From NCBI GenBank assembly GCA_052388135.1, contig JBQTIM010000069.1, positions 4,290 to 68,289 of the forward strand: 64,000 nucleotides of DNA, written 5' to 3'. This DNA is from Elusimicrobiota bacterium (GTDB lineage Bacteria > Elusimicrobiota > Elusimicrobia > FEN-1173). Under the pieces are notes generated by a model. It was not told the origin of the DNA and ran no database searches. It saw nothing but the letters and a program-made list of their open reading frames with translations. A program made the translations under genes and the position numbers. This document shows positions 7,301 through 14,614 of this stretch, in pieces; position 1 is the stretch's first letter; the number at the start of each line of letters is the position of its first letter.

Positions 7301-8419
7301 CGAAGACGAAAAGGACCGGGAGAAAATCAGGGTGTTCTGGGAGAAGGCCCGGGAGTTGCAGAAAGGATTTCAGGATATAGAACGGAGGGGCGCGCTGAAA
7401 GAGCAGCAGGGCGAGCTCTTAATGAAGCGATACCAAGAGTGGCAGTCCAATACCAACGCGTTGTCCAAGAGCGATCCCGATTACGAGGCCAAAAAGCGGA
7501 TGTTGGAGGAAGAGCTCCGAGCGATCGAGCGGGAAATCACCCGGCTGGAGCAGGAGGACAAGCGGCCGCGGATGCCGCCGCCCCCGTCTACATAGGGAAA
7601 CTTTCTTCCTGGCTGGAAAAACAGCGGTCCGGCGCCGCTCTCGCCCCCGGCTTGGCGGCGGAACTGCGGGCCATGAAAGGCCAAGGCCGCCACGCGGAAG
7701 TTTTCCAGCGCGTCATGGCCGACGTGGTGGAGGACACCGGCTTAAAAATCATGATCCCCGAGCCCGACGCCCGCGGCTTGGCCAACCTGGCCGCCGGCGC
7801 CGCGGCCAAACCCGAATGGATGAAGGCCAAGTCCGACCCGCAAACGCGCTACGTCCTCTGGGATGACGCCAAGGCCCGGCATGGCGAAGCCTATTTGAAA
7901 GAGCACGGCAGCCGGCCCGTGGAGGTGGAAGTGGAGGGCGGACGCCGGATCCAGGCCGCCTCCGATGCCTGGGGCCGCCCCTTGTCCAAGGACGTGGATC
8001 CCACCATGGTGGAAGGCGCGGGCGTCGTGTTCCGCGATCCCGCGAAGATGGGCTATTCCACCCGCATCGCCAACGAAGCCCTGCAATGGGCCAACGCCAA
8101 ACTGAAAGAGCTCGGCTACGGCGAGGTCTTTCCCCACGGCCCCGCCAATCAATTTTCCAGAGCCCAGTCGCTGGCATACCCTCAGATCGCCTACGAGTTG
8201 ACGCCCGAAGGCGCTCTCCGCCGCTACCGCATTTCCGACGAGCGGCAAGCCCAGGCTTTCTTCCACAAAGCCCGCCAGCCCGGCAGCCCCGCCTGGAATT
8301 GGCCCTCGGACCTGTCCGTCCACGCCCGCGAGGCCCTTCCGTCTATCCCCGCGGATTTCGAGAAGGCCGGCCGGCACACAGGCCGCACGTATCCTCCGCG
8401 GGCCGACGCAGGGAATTAG
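1316..8419 (+). CDS. giant uninterrupted ORF (2367 aa) encoding hypothetical protein(s) with no recognisable enzymatic motif. It is probably a composite: two internal stretches (about 4190–4640 and 7143–7595) code better in the +1 frame, the 4972–5177 repeat element sits in-frame, and 5200–5950 is low-GC.
   Basis: There is no stop codon in this frame for 7.1 kb. At the observed base composition about 2% of random codons would be stops, so a chance open frame is excluded. Third-position GC is high over most of the ORF (checked by eye at 1316–4100, 4640–4960 and 7600–8419). It drops to ~40–45% across 4190–4640 and 7150–7595, where the +1 frame shows the G1-A2-S3 coding periodicity. Confidence 0.5.
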   Translation: MAGTAKVFGRIASAVGNFFGRLFGRPAGVEAKPETIPAGVSPRESLSAPARTLTAEASRPVYADGRVYDQGRFSWDGEAWRLEGRGRALESGFNGIRAEDGGRLPVIVESSPQGIQAMGMDWEALEGRRLLVEKPTRLPGAGTVFAGSFDVKNGGFQFHEGSLYRSEGELHARFVTKQNGELAHFPARLEGDSFSLILTETKLSTGQTVAFAGSPLTGRIQDGRASLNAGPAAARVNLSDKFGRKAQGEVQVWLAEDGLKMRGLVSGQTSIPVSLVSGSPQAADSAAAGAAPSDLPAGRYRVMAEKAGHYFLEGEVAVAETGLAPFSVDTLFQMARGVGYRMGGVEFRQDDALPNQFFKLTRRVGIRAPEGGRMKDLSTGHETIFGPANEPLFFIKPDENGKKTVRSVQGQVLPAGVQTNARGEKELDVMLGPARLQVLLETQDDKTSYVSDSRWHAAGDTTAAHDGVNAAVGAMTFDVGRARKAAASLWNRAAEARAQGLSWKETADSLWQETKAGARQIWNEDMAGLRRTQRLAGLYLMRNGIGLFKAGVNFFGTKSIPYFQPVPVNLLRHVRLKGSSESVVDKAETFLGAVLHEADKKYVAARDQGNEEVGFYSLAERRGQFTAPQMLARGVGLGAEQLGQGFLTSFFGEALEEYRGMNLDEAVLKEINIGWGGMKELAKGAFTNSYKQAPTVVEATRQVTTSVGAIGLMAVVPGRGLARGYRAASRVTGIRRVASGLKTMAADSVLGAVDMVLPLPIGVDAGDMVRGVAGEYRAGRVRESLGLGTKDNIQVLTRDGRYVYLRVMGDDGASLPSLARLENLAQRAAEKNFVLDLEIAGGESVARQLEARPEYMAALSREGLARVGDYTNGLKSGAVNLRSAAVAEEMRFRSLSLKKETQFRLVDSELAAGRAREAKLKSLESQGNVRQTGAYLAEAKRNLSGWKRWKVGLAELRWRRAERSLQNLERRAQRIEGSLSDHARDGGHPQGAGVAPRTGLEGPGGARSAPSRAGQGLEGFEGTLRRGRAESAARERTSAARERTSAAREAAGAAKDTALRSLREEIQQVETRNGALEGQRSRLQDEIRIAHEGETSARGRAESLGREIKVYDGRLSWLQERARYLTEDPAGRRVYESALTLTPDFRGLSSARARRGAGDVSLDNFPLSPDAPHPHSAFQTVWKEFGRLAAAERGSFLIPERGILSALKDFLSSEKGQVPGAPPPALGDFSFARPKEKSPKGKDAPGGLRGLFWRRSDTPAPQRPIGAIGSDLPLRQTNPLRAPQGAPDVNDALPVDGFFARAMQSRHAEAFLKGEGNFAGRNAYITKASDLDGAETPIQIADRLKLTKKVGESIELSRDADTVIVFGYDTPTRAPPDLRVPTLEDGRSYPFTTGGAATGGGASQWLVGNGSVMDLQGKGFRVKEVYSVNESGVRLAWKTVANPDGTYSVTEKVLTPPKNSKATISSISFSKRFITSLSELFSSNAKTANSSGLMNRLESQTVPSTARSVRTKQDLSFQTFPWVHEAISAVSNAQGSGLVPFRSPLSSLKSFVARVFRKTAGEEGGPAVRSTGGADGLSLYLQGFSKELGEHRARSGGSSSSQSLSTVLEDFGRRLEDLTTSESAPARPRSDLTDPKSLELYLKGFASDIEKLTSDQQGKAMIPGDGPMDALNAYLARAFRKTDMGEGPAAPGLSASYLGQTQFPPSAAPSSRFDRSSNGFMTHKVPLQEGNLEVVLVPSKSAYSPLRSDAAPDAWDAPPVPGRDTSFRLEVKHGPDGDEIVLSRPGKGLASLEDAGIGRPVGPGRIRVQSRLEAFELIRKQESLSKNQLNGLLADLSRELEALAKNEEGKLGAGPDRSKPGLLNNESGRLSTDMLLAPVLAPWKAAKKIFWKSGEALERWLPETWRAAAAERRVGAQLDALVDFRLDLEKGGMGFEEIVSRYHEIAGSRLALDGGADGGALSGRLRGGSSPVEATGPRGGRISRWLAQLSEAIGARRRKGPGENQGVLGEGPGVAERISGYRTEGRAERAAGRALNEAIPRVAVQYQRVVQERSRLRGQKADVGGRAPSDRAGNHPAGAGGQAAADAAAPVYIGKLSSWLEKQRSGAALAPGLAAELRAMKGQGRHAEVFQRVMADVVEDTGLKIMIPEPDARGLANLAAGAAAKPEWMKAKSDPQTRYVLWDDAKARHGEAYLKEHGSRPVEVEVEGGRRIQAASDAWGRPLSKDVDPTMVEGAGVVFRDPAKMGYSTRIANEALQWANAKLKELGYGEVFPHGPANQFSRAQSLAYPQIAYELTPEGALRRYRISDERQAQAFFHKARQPGSPAWNWPSDLSVHAREALPSIPADFEKAGRHTGRTYPPRADAGN
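4113..4640 (+). CDS. nested +1-frame ORF encoding a K/E/Q/R-rich coiled-coil protein with an ARQEKEQ x3 tandem repeat and the C-terminal motif 'DSDPAYKTKYESLMKERQALEDELKALEGK'. It is either the C-terminal domain of an upstream protein reached by a +1 shift near ~4190, or an independent small gene (GTG start with GAGG 9 nt upstream).
   Basis: 175-aa ORF in the track. GC3 is ~72% in this frame against ~45% for the giant frame over the same bases. Codon position 1 is G-rich and position 2 is A-rich. It is paralogous to the C-terminus of the ORF at 7143–7595 (SDPxY…K(K/E)R..LE(E/D)EL(R/K)A(I/L)E). Confidence 0.45.
   Translation: MPIWRKLKEIFRGGSGGKSGSPSSGGVEPSEAYRILSDARKELKEAYQITQETAAIHRERELRLAQDLKDLEEQGQRQAELARDLKALREHFEEEGRKARQEKEQARQEKEQARQEKQQAQLKIQRYEALEKKYNKWKREMARLKDSDPAYKTKYESLMKERQALEDELKALEGK
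4407..4469 (+). repeat. 3 x 21-bp tandem repeat (gcgcggcaagagaaagaacaa), encoding (ARQEKEQ)3 in the +1-frame coiled-coil ORF
   Basis: Read directly; the third copy is degenerate. Confidence 0.7.
4972..5177. repeat. structured ~207-nt repeat element, copy 1, lying in-frame inside the giant ORF
   Basis: About 80% identical to 29924–30130. It has a 13-bp hairpin with conserved loop GCUYGUCC and two nested long-range helices, and each helix shows compensatory substitutions between the two copies. Confidence 0.6.
7143..7595 (+). CDS. nested +1-frame ORF encoding a coiled-coil protein ('…SKSDPDYEAKKRMLEEELRAIEREITRLEQEDKRPRMPPPPST'), a paralogue of the 4113–4640 product.
   Basis: Internal ATG at 7143 within track ORF 6909..7595. 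GC3 is ~78% in this frame, while the giant frame translates the same bases into G/R/A-rich low-complexity sequence. The ORF upstream of 7143 in this frame is R/W-rich junk. Confidence 0.45.
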   Translation: MKLLGADSLWTAERMAELYRDDYEAGLRRWRQLGRVAEEYHVGWLNYRKRLEREDEKDREKIRVFWEKARELQKGFQDIERRGALKEQQGELLMKRYQEWQSNTNALSKSDPDYEAKKRMLEEELRAIEREITRLEQEDKRPRMPPPPST

Positions 8420-8459
8420 CCGAAGGCGTCCATCCCAAGCCCGCAACACTCCGAAGTCT

Positions 8460-10256
8460 ATGCGAACTCAGGTTCCGCCCCACAGCCCACCCAATGATCT
8501 GAATCCGCCGCCCCCCCGAATGGAAGCCGCGCCCGCCGATGCCGCGTTCACGGGCCGTACTTTGGCCGCTTTGGGCGCGGCCGGCGTTGTGTACACCCTG
8601 GCGCCCTGGACTTTGGCGGGGGCGTCCTTCCACTGGGGCGGCCTGGCGGTCTCGTTGCGTTCGCTGGGGAACGCCACGGCGGCCTTGCTCATCCTGGCAG
8701 GGGCGTCTCTTCTCGCCTCCGGCCGCCTTCGCCGCGCCGTCCTGAACGTTGCGGCGATTATAGACCGCCTGCCGTCCAAGAATCAAAACGCGCTCACGGC
8801 GGCGGCTTGCCTGGCTTATGCCGCGGCGGCCATCAGCCACAAGCTTTACGCTCAGCACACTTTGGCGACCCACGCCCTGGACCTGGGCTTTTTTTCCAAC
8901 ATTTGCTGGAACACCGCTTTCTCCGATGGCGCGCCGGAGGCCTGGTTCTACTCTTCCTTCATCGAGCGAAACTTCATGGGCGTCCACGTCAATTGGATAT
9001 TGTGGCCCCTGTCGTTCTTCTACCGATGGGGTGGAGACGCCCGGGTGCTTCTGGCCGCCCAAGTGCTGTTCACGGCGGCCGCGTTCCCGTTCCTGCTGGC
9101 CGCGGTGCGCCGCTTGACAGGCAGTTATTCCGCCGGCTTCCTGGCCTGCGTGATGATGGCGTGCTCCCCCTATATAGGACACACGGTCGCCAACGATTTC
9201 CATCCCGATCAATGGCAGTTGCCTTGCTTGATGGCCGCCCTTTGGGCCATGCTGCGAGGGTCGCGAAAGATGGTTCTCCTGTTCGGCGCCTTGGCTCTTC
9301 TGGCCAAGGAAGACGTCTCCTTCGTGCTGGCCGGGTTTGGAATATTTCTGGCCCTAAAGCCGGGCTGGCGAGGCACGGGAGCGGCCCTCTTCGCCCTGGC
9401 CGCGGCCGCCTTCGCCTTCCACACGCAGGTTTTCATTCCCCGCTTTCTGGAAGAGGGCGTCGAATCCCTTTTGTTCGCCCGATATCCCCTTTTGGGAGAC
9501 AGCTATTCCGAGATGGTTCGCAATATTTATTCAGCGCCGGAGGTTTATTGGGAAGCCGTGATATACGATCCGCTCAAATTCTGGCGGTGGGCCTCCATGT
9601 GGCTGCCCACGGCCGGCCTGGGGTTTCTCAGTCCGTCTTTCCTGATTCCGCCGGCCGTAAGCGCTGCCCCGCATCTGATGTCCCAGGCCGGCGCGCAACT
9701 GGAATTCAGGGACATCTACTCCTTGCCCAGCCAACCGTTCGTGTTCATGGGCGCCGCCTTCGGCCTGCGAAAGCTGATGCGGCGAAACGCCCTGGCCGGC
9801 CGGGAAGCGCTTTTGGCGGGAGTCTGTTTGATCGTCGCCGGCATAGGCGTGGTAAAATCCCCCCGGTTCTACCGCCCAAGGCTCGCAAGCCGGGCGGAAG
9901 CGTTCCATAGGATGAAGGCTCTGGTCCCTCCCGACGCCTCGGTGGCCGCCCAGCAGAACTTGGTCCCCCATTTTGACGCTCGCCGTTACGTGCAAATTTT
10001 CCCCATCGGCCTGCTTCTGGATGACATGACGAGCCGCTACAGGACGAACCCCGCCTATATCGCCGCGGACAGGGCGGAAAATTCCCTGCCGTTCAGCGCG
10101 GAGCAAAGGGACGCCGCCATCCGCTCCGCCGAGACCGACCCCCATTACGAAAAAATCTTCGATGAAAAAGACTTCGTCCTCCTCCGCCGCCGCGTTTCGG
10201 AAGAGCCCAACTGGACTGCGGTGCCTTTGAAGAGACATCCGACGGCAATTAAATGA
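8460..10256 (+). CDS. polytopic integral membrane protein, possibly DUF2079-like or a GT-C-fold glycosyltransferase-like protein
   Basis: 598-aa ORF with more than 10 hydrophobic helical segments throughout. The family assignment comes only from general resemblance of size and topology, without a diagnostic motif. Confidence 0.35.
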   Translation: MRTQVPPHSPPNDLNPPPPRMEAAPADAAFTGRTLAALGAAGVVYTLAPWTLAGASFHWGGLAVSLRSLGNATAALLILAGASLLASGRLRRAVLNVAAIIDRLPSKNQNALTAAACLAYAAAAISHKLYAQHTLATHALDLGFFSNICWNTAFSDGAPEAWFYSSFIERNFMGVHVNWILWPLSFFYRWGGDARVLLAAQVLFTAAAFPFLLAAVRRLTGSYSAGFLACVMMACSPYIGHTVANDFHPDQWQLPCLMAALWAMLRGSRKMVLLFGALALLAKEDVSFVLAGFGIFLALKPGWRGTGAALFALAAAAFAFHTQVFIPRFLEEGVESLLFARYPLLGDSYSEMVRNIYSAPEVYWEAVIYDPLKFWRWASMWLPTAGLGFLSPSFLIPPAVSAAPHLMSQAGAQLEFRDIYSLPSQPFVFMGAAFGLRKLMRRNALAGREALLAGVCLIVAGIGVVKSPRFYRPRLASRAEAFHRMKALVPPDASVAAQQNLVPHFDARRYVQIFPIGLLLDDMTSRYRTNPAYIAADRAENSLPFSAEQRDAAIRSAETDPHYEKIFDEKDFVLLRRRVSEEPNWTAVPLKRHPTAIK

Positions 10257-10369
10257 TAAGGCCGCTTTGCGCCTTATGAAGTATGATCTGACGACCCGGC
10301 TGTAATGGGCGGACTTCTTTTTAAGCCCAGGCGACAGCCGAAAATTCGACCGTGCATGAGGGATGCGCC

Positions 10370-11515
10370 ATGAAAAAATTCAAGCGAGTGATGGTCTTTC
10401 TAAGCTTAATCGCTCTTGCCTCAGGCCCATTGTTCGCCGGCGTGCCCAACCGTATCGTTTATCAGGGGCGGCTGACGAAATCGGGCGTGAGCGTAAGCGG
10501 GGCGCACACGTTCCGGGCCCGGCTCATTTCTGCCGGCGGCGCGGAAATATGGAACAGCGGGGATCTGGCGCTCACCCTGCCGCCCTCCGGAGACTTCACT
10601 CTGGTCCTCTCCCCGTCCGGCGTCAATTGGATCAACGATGACCCCAAACTCGAAATCTCCGTGGACGGCGACATCCTCAATCCCTCCGACACCTTCGCCG
10701 CCAGCCCCTACGCCATCGTCGCCTCGACTGCCCAATACGCCTTTGCCGCGGCCAACGCCGCCAGCGCGGATGCCGTGGCGAACGGAAGCGTCAACGACAA
10801 TTCCATAGCGGCGGGCGCCGGCATCGCCCTCTCCAAGCTGTCGCCGGGCGCGTTCCCGGCGGGAACCTATTCTTACGCCGGATCCAACGTGGCCTTCGGC
10901 GGCCCCGGCGTTTGGGATGCCGCCGGGAATCTGGGCATCGGGACGTCGTCCCCGGAAAAAAAGCTGGATGTGCGGGGCGAGGCGCGGAGCACCGTGGGTG
11001 GGGTGAATTTCCATATGGTTCCGGTGGGGACGGTCATCGCCTATGCGGGGGCCACGCCCCCCGCCGGCTGGTTGTTTTGCAACGGCCAGGCCGTGAGCCG
11101 AACCACATACGCGTCTCTATTCGGTGCCATCGGGACAATCTATGGGGCCGGCGACGGGTCCACAACATTCAATGTGCCGGATCTGCGGGGGCGCGTGGCC
11201 GTGGGGAAGGACGATATGGGCGGGGGAGCCGCCGGCCGCATGACCGCTTATATCAACGGTTCAAGCCTAGGCGCGAGCGGGGGAAGCCAATCCCATGCTT
11301 TGTCTGTTAGTCAGCTGCCCAGCGGTCCCGGAGGCCTGTATGGATTCGTCCGCAGATCTCTGCCGGGTGAGAATGTCACGGTATCGGCTGCCGATACTGT
11401 CGGTTCTGGCACCCAAATTGATATCGTTTCTACGAACTTAATAGGGGGAGACCAGGCCCACACCAACACCCAGCCCGGCCTTATTTTGAACTACATCATT
11501 TGCGCCGGGCAGTAG
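10370..11515 (+). CDS. secreted protein with a C-terminal phage tail-collar (T4 gp12-like / MdpB-type) domain
   Basis: Signal peptide 'MKKFKRVMVFLSLIALASGPLFA'. The C-terminal region 'IAYAGATPPAGWLFCNGQAVSRTTYASLFGAIGTIYGAGDGSTTFNVPDLRGRVAVG…QSHALSVSQLP…GGDQAHTNTQPGLILNYIICA' matches the collar-domain consensus as I recall it. A GAGGGA RBS lies 8 nt upstream of the ATG. Confidence 0.6.
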   Translation: MKKFKRVMVFLSLIALASGPLFAGVPNRIVYQGRLTKSGVSVSGAHTFRARLISAGGAEIWNSGDLALTLPPSGDFTLVLSPSGVNWINDDPKLEISVDGDILNPSDTFAASPYAIVASTAQYAFAAANAASADAVANGSVNDNSIAAGAGIALSKLSPGAFPAGTYSYAGSNVAFGGPGVWDAAGNLGIGTSSPEKKLDVRGEARSTVGGVNFHMVPVGTVIAYAGATPPAGWLFCNGQAVSRTTYASLFGAIGTIYGAGDGSTTFNVPDLRGRVAVGKDDMGGGAAGRMTAYINGSSLGASGGSQSHALSVSQLPSGPGGLYGFVRRSLPGENVTVSAADTVGSGTQIDIVSTNLIGGDQAHTNTQPGLILNYIICAGQ

Positions 11516-11598
11516 CGTTGATGTTGACGGTAAACCTTGACAAGAACAGAGTGCGGGCGTATTTTTAAGGGGAATATTGCCGGCAACCGGAGACCTGG

Positions 11599-12291
11599 AT
11601 GGGAATTTCTTTAATAATTAAGGGGCTAACCGCGCTTCTGATGGTGGGTGTTTTGGGTTACGGCGTTTATTTGAAATTGGAGAGAGCGCCCATCGCCGAC
11701 AACAGTCGGGCGGGGGGGGCAGGAATGGGCGGAGGCGTGGGAACCCCGGGGGCTCCAGGAGCGGCCGGCTTGCAGGGAAAAGGCGCGGCCGGCAACGCGG
11801 AAGGCCAAGCCGGAGGGTCGCCGGGAACGACAGGCGTTGGGCAAGCGGGCGAGTCTTCCCCGACCCCGGCGGAAGGAGAAACGCCGGCCAAAAATTCCGG
11901 GGCGGAAAAAGGAGGGAAACTTCCCGCGGTCCAAAAGGGCTTTTTCGCCCGGTTAATTGATTTCTTGGGATTGGGAGAATCCGGGAAAGGTGTAAAAGCT
12001 TTTTTCACCCGAGTTTGGAGCGGCGCCCGGTCGCTGGCCGGCTTGCGGAAGTCAACCGGCGAGGCGTCGCCTCCCCAGGGAAAAACGCCGCCGCCCAACA
12101 CCGACGTGGGCCGGCAACAAGAGGAAATGGCCGCCCAAATGCGGAAAGATCACGAGCAGAATTTAGCCATGCAGAAGCAGATACAAGAAACCATCCGCAT
12201 GAATCTTTCCATCCAGCAGGGAATCCGGGACACCTTGCAAAATCAACGCCAAATCAAGGAGCTTCAAAGGGCGCGAGAGACGTCGCGCTAG
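11599..12291 (+). CDS. hypothetical protein with an N-terminal TM anchor, a Gly/Ala/Pro-rich low-complexity middle and a C-terminal Q-rich helical segment
   Basis: 230-aa ORF. A sigma70-like promoter candidate lies upstream at 11548–11576 (TTGACA-N17-TATTTT). Confidence 0.35.
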   Translation: MGISLIIKGLTALLMVGVLGYGVYLKLERAPIADNSRAGGAGMGGGVGTPGAPGAAGLQGKGAAGNAEGQAGGSPGTTGVGQAGESSPTPAEGETPAKNSGAEKGGKLPAVQKGFFARLIDFLGLGESGKGVKAFFTRVWSGARSLAGLRKSTGEASPPQGKTPPPNTDVGRQQEEMAAQMRKDHEQNLAMQKQIQETIRMNLSIQQGIRDTLQNQRQIKELQRARETSR

Positions 12292-13458
12292 TCAGGCGCC
12301 CGGCAGGACTTTCCGGAACTGGCGTTTTCCCACCTTCAGTATCCCTTCCTCTTCAATGACAAGCGGCGCGTCCTCGGCGAGGGGGGTTCCGCGCCATTCC
12401 ACGGCGCCTTGTTTCAAAAGGCGGCGCGCCTCGTTTTTTGAGGGGGCGAGGCCGGCTTCCATGATGAGCTCGGCCGCGGGGATGGGGGAGCGCGAGGCGC
12501 GGTGGACGGGCATGTCTTCGGGCGCGGCGCGCCGGGAGAAAACCTTTTCAAAATCGGCCTGCGATTGCTCCGCCGCGGCGGCGCCGTGGTATCGCTCGGC
12601 GATCAGTTTCGCCAAGCGCTTTTTGGCTGCCATGGGGTGCAGGGTTTTGGTTTCCGTCAAATTTTCCTCGGTCAGCAGCTCGTAGTATTTCCACATCATT
12701 TCGTCGGAAACGGACATGACCTTGCCGAACATGTCGGCCGGTCTATCGCTCAGGGCGATGTGGTTGCCGTAGGACTTGGACATTTTCCGCACTCCGTCGG
12801 TGCCCTCCAGCAAAGGCAGGGTGAGAATGACCTGCGCTTCTTGGCCGGCGTCTTTCTGCATTTGCCTGCCCATGAGAAGGTTGAAAAGCTGGTCCGTTCC
12901 TCCCAGTTCCACGTCGGCTTTGACTTGGACGGAGTCGTAGCCTTGCATGAGGGGGTAGAGGAGCTCCAGCAGGGAAAGGGGACTGCCCTCCTTCAGGCGC
13001 TTGGCGAAATCCTCGCGCTCGGTGAGCTGTTGGACGGTGTGTTTGGCCAGGAGGCTCATGAGGCCGCCGGGGCCTTGGCGGGCGAAGAGGGGCCAGAGCC
13101 AATCGGAGTTTTTGTGGACCTCCACGGCGCCGGGGATGATTTTGCCCAGCTGTTCCATGTAAGCGCCGGTGTTCTTGTCCACGGCCTCGCGGCTGAGGGG
13201 CGGGCGGGTTTCGGAACGGCCGGAGGGATCGCCCACCATGGCGGTGTAGTCGCCTATGATGAAGACGACGGTGTGCCCCAGCTCCTGGAATTGGCGCAGT
13301 TTGTTGAGCACGACGGTGTGGCCCAGGTGGAGGTCCGGGGCGGTGGGGTCCACGCCGAGCTTGATGCGCAGAGGCTTTTTTTTCTCCAGCTTGGCGCGGA
13401 GCTCGGGTTCGGAGATGATCTGGACCGCCCCGCGCTTGATTTTTTCCAGGTCGGTCAT
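12292..13458 (-). CDS. tyrS: tyrosyl-tRNA synthetase
   Basis: HLGH ('DLHLGHTV') and KMSKS motifs are present, with an S4-like C-terminus. The first in-frame ATG after the class-I core lies at 13456–13458. The 5' part of the 701-aa track ORF is a spurious extension that overlaps the next gene. Confidence 0.85.
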   Translation of the reverse strand: MTDLEKIKRGAVQIISEPELRAKLEKKKPLRIKLGVDPTAPDLHLGHTVVLNKLRQFQELGHTVVFIIGDYTAMVGDPSGRSETRPPLSREAVDKNTGAYMEQLGKIIPGAVEVHKNSDWLWPLFARQGPGGLMSLLAKHTVQQLTEREDFAKRLKEGSPLSLLELLYPLMQGYDSVQVKADVELGGTDQLFNLLMGRQMQKDAGQEAQVILTLPLLEGTDGVRKMSKSYGNHIALSDRPADMFGKVMSVSDEMMWKYYELLTEENLTETKTLHPMAAKKRLAKLIAERYHGAAAAEQSQADFEKVFSRRAAPEDMPVHRASRSPIPAAELIMEAGLAPSKNEARRLLKQGAVEWRGTPLAEDAPLVIEEEGILKVGKRQFRKVLPGA

Positions 13459-13483
13459 GAGCGGTGCGGGGGCGCGGAGCTCG

Positions 13484-14614
13484 TCATGAGAGAAGAGCCG
13501 TCTTGAGGAACCTCTCGGGCCGGAACGCGGCTCCGGCGGGGTCCCATCGGCCGTCGGCGATGCCGTCGGCCATGTGGCGTCCGGTCCAGGGGGAGAGCAG
13601 GACGCCGTTGCGGAAATGGCCGGTGCAGAGGAACAGGCCCTCCCGCCCGGGGACGGGGCCGAGGATGGGCAGGCCGTCCGCCGCGGCGGGCCGCAGGCCG
13701 GCCCACGCGCCGAGGATCTCCCGCGAGCCGATTTCGGGGCACCACCGCCGGGCCCACTGCGAAAGCTTGTGCTGGCCTTCCACCGTGGGACGGACGTCGA
13801 AGCCGGCCCGCTCCTGCGTGGTGCCCACCAGCAGGCGGCCGTCGGCCTTGGGGGCGAAGTAGCCGCCTTCGGCGAAAACGGGTCCGGGGAAGAGGGCGGG
13901 CGATCCGTCCAGGATGAGGATTTGTCCCCGCACGGGTTCCAGGGCGATGGCAAAACCGGGAGACGGCAAAAGGAACGGGGTCCAAGCGCCGGCGGCCGCG
14001 ACCACGGAGGGTGAAAAAAAGTTTTGGCCCTGAAAAGAGACGCCGGCGATTTTGTCGCCTTCCCGCAGAAGCTCCGCGTGGGGGACGTTTTCCTCGAAAA
14101 CCACGCCCTGGCGGCGCGCCGCTTCGGCCAGGCCCTTGACCCATTGAAAGCTGTTGATCTGGCCGTCCCGAGGAAAATAGAGGGCGCCGGCCAGAGGCGC
14201 GGCCAGGCCTTTGAGCGCGCGGACGACTTGTTCCGTTTCCCACCATTCCACGGAATGGCCGCGCTCTTCCTGCCAACGCTTGCGGTCCAGAAGAACTTGA
14301 CGCTCTTCCGGCGTCTCGGCCACGCGCCAGACGCCGCCCGCTTCCCACTGCGGATCGATGCCGGAGGCTTCGCGGACCGCCGGCGCCAGGGACGCAAACA
14401 TGTCGCGGCTGGCCACGCAAGCGTCGAAAAAGGGGCCGGGCGCCGCCGCTTCCTCCTGGGCCGCCAGCATGCCGGCCGCGCCCCGGGAGGCGGCCCCGCC
14501 GATCCTGTCTTTTTCCACCACCAGCACGCGCAGGCGCTTGCGCGCCAAATGGTAGGCGACGGAGCACCCCGCCGCGCCCGCCCCGATGACGATGACGTCG
14601 AAGGAGCGGCTCAC
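13484..14614 (-). CDS. FAD-dependent oxidoreductase (glycine oxidase ThiO / D-amino-acid oxidase family)
   Basis: N-terminal dinucleotide-binding motif 'DVIVIGAGAAGCSVA'. Length and general conservation pattern fit the DAO family. Confidence 0.6.
   Translation of the reverse strand: MSRSFDVIVIGAGAAGCSVAYHLARKRLRVLVVEKDRIGGAASRGAAGMLAAQEEAAAPGPFFDACVASRDMFASLAPAVREASGIDPQWEAGGVWRVAETPEERQVLLDRKRWQEERGHSVEWWETEQVVRALKGLAAPLAGALYFPRDGQINSFQWVKGLAEAARRQGVVFEENVPHAELLREGDKIAGVSFQGQNFFSPSVVAAAGAWTPFLLPSPGFAIALEPVRGQILILDGSPALFPGPVFAEGGYFAPKADGRLLVGTTQERAGFDVRPTVEGQHKLSQWARRWCPEIGSREILGAWAGLRPAAADGLPILGPVPGREGLFLCTGHFRNGVLLSPWTGRHMADGIADGRWDPAGAAFRPERFLKTALLS

Noticed and set aside
1316-8419. The giant ORF as a chance open reading frame in GC-rich DNA
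   Set aside because: About 50 stop codons would be expected by chance over 2367 codons at this composition. In addition, most of its length shows strong third-position GC bias and plausible protein composition, so it is real coding, even if it is a composite.
12292-14397. The 701-aa track ORF that extends tyrS upstream. Similar 5' extensions affect iscU (15828..16526), aspS (to 19962), hisS (to 21329), rpsB (from 40117), uppS (from 43790), the FHA gene (from 54339) and the cNMP gene (from 49994).
   Set aside because: The extensions overlap neighbouring genes or promoter/repeat elements and have junk-like composition. Starts were reset to the first Met consistent with the conserved N-termini.
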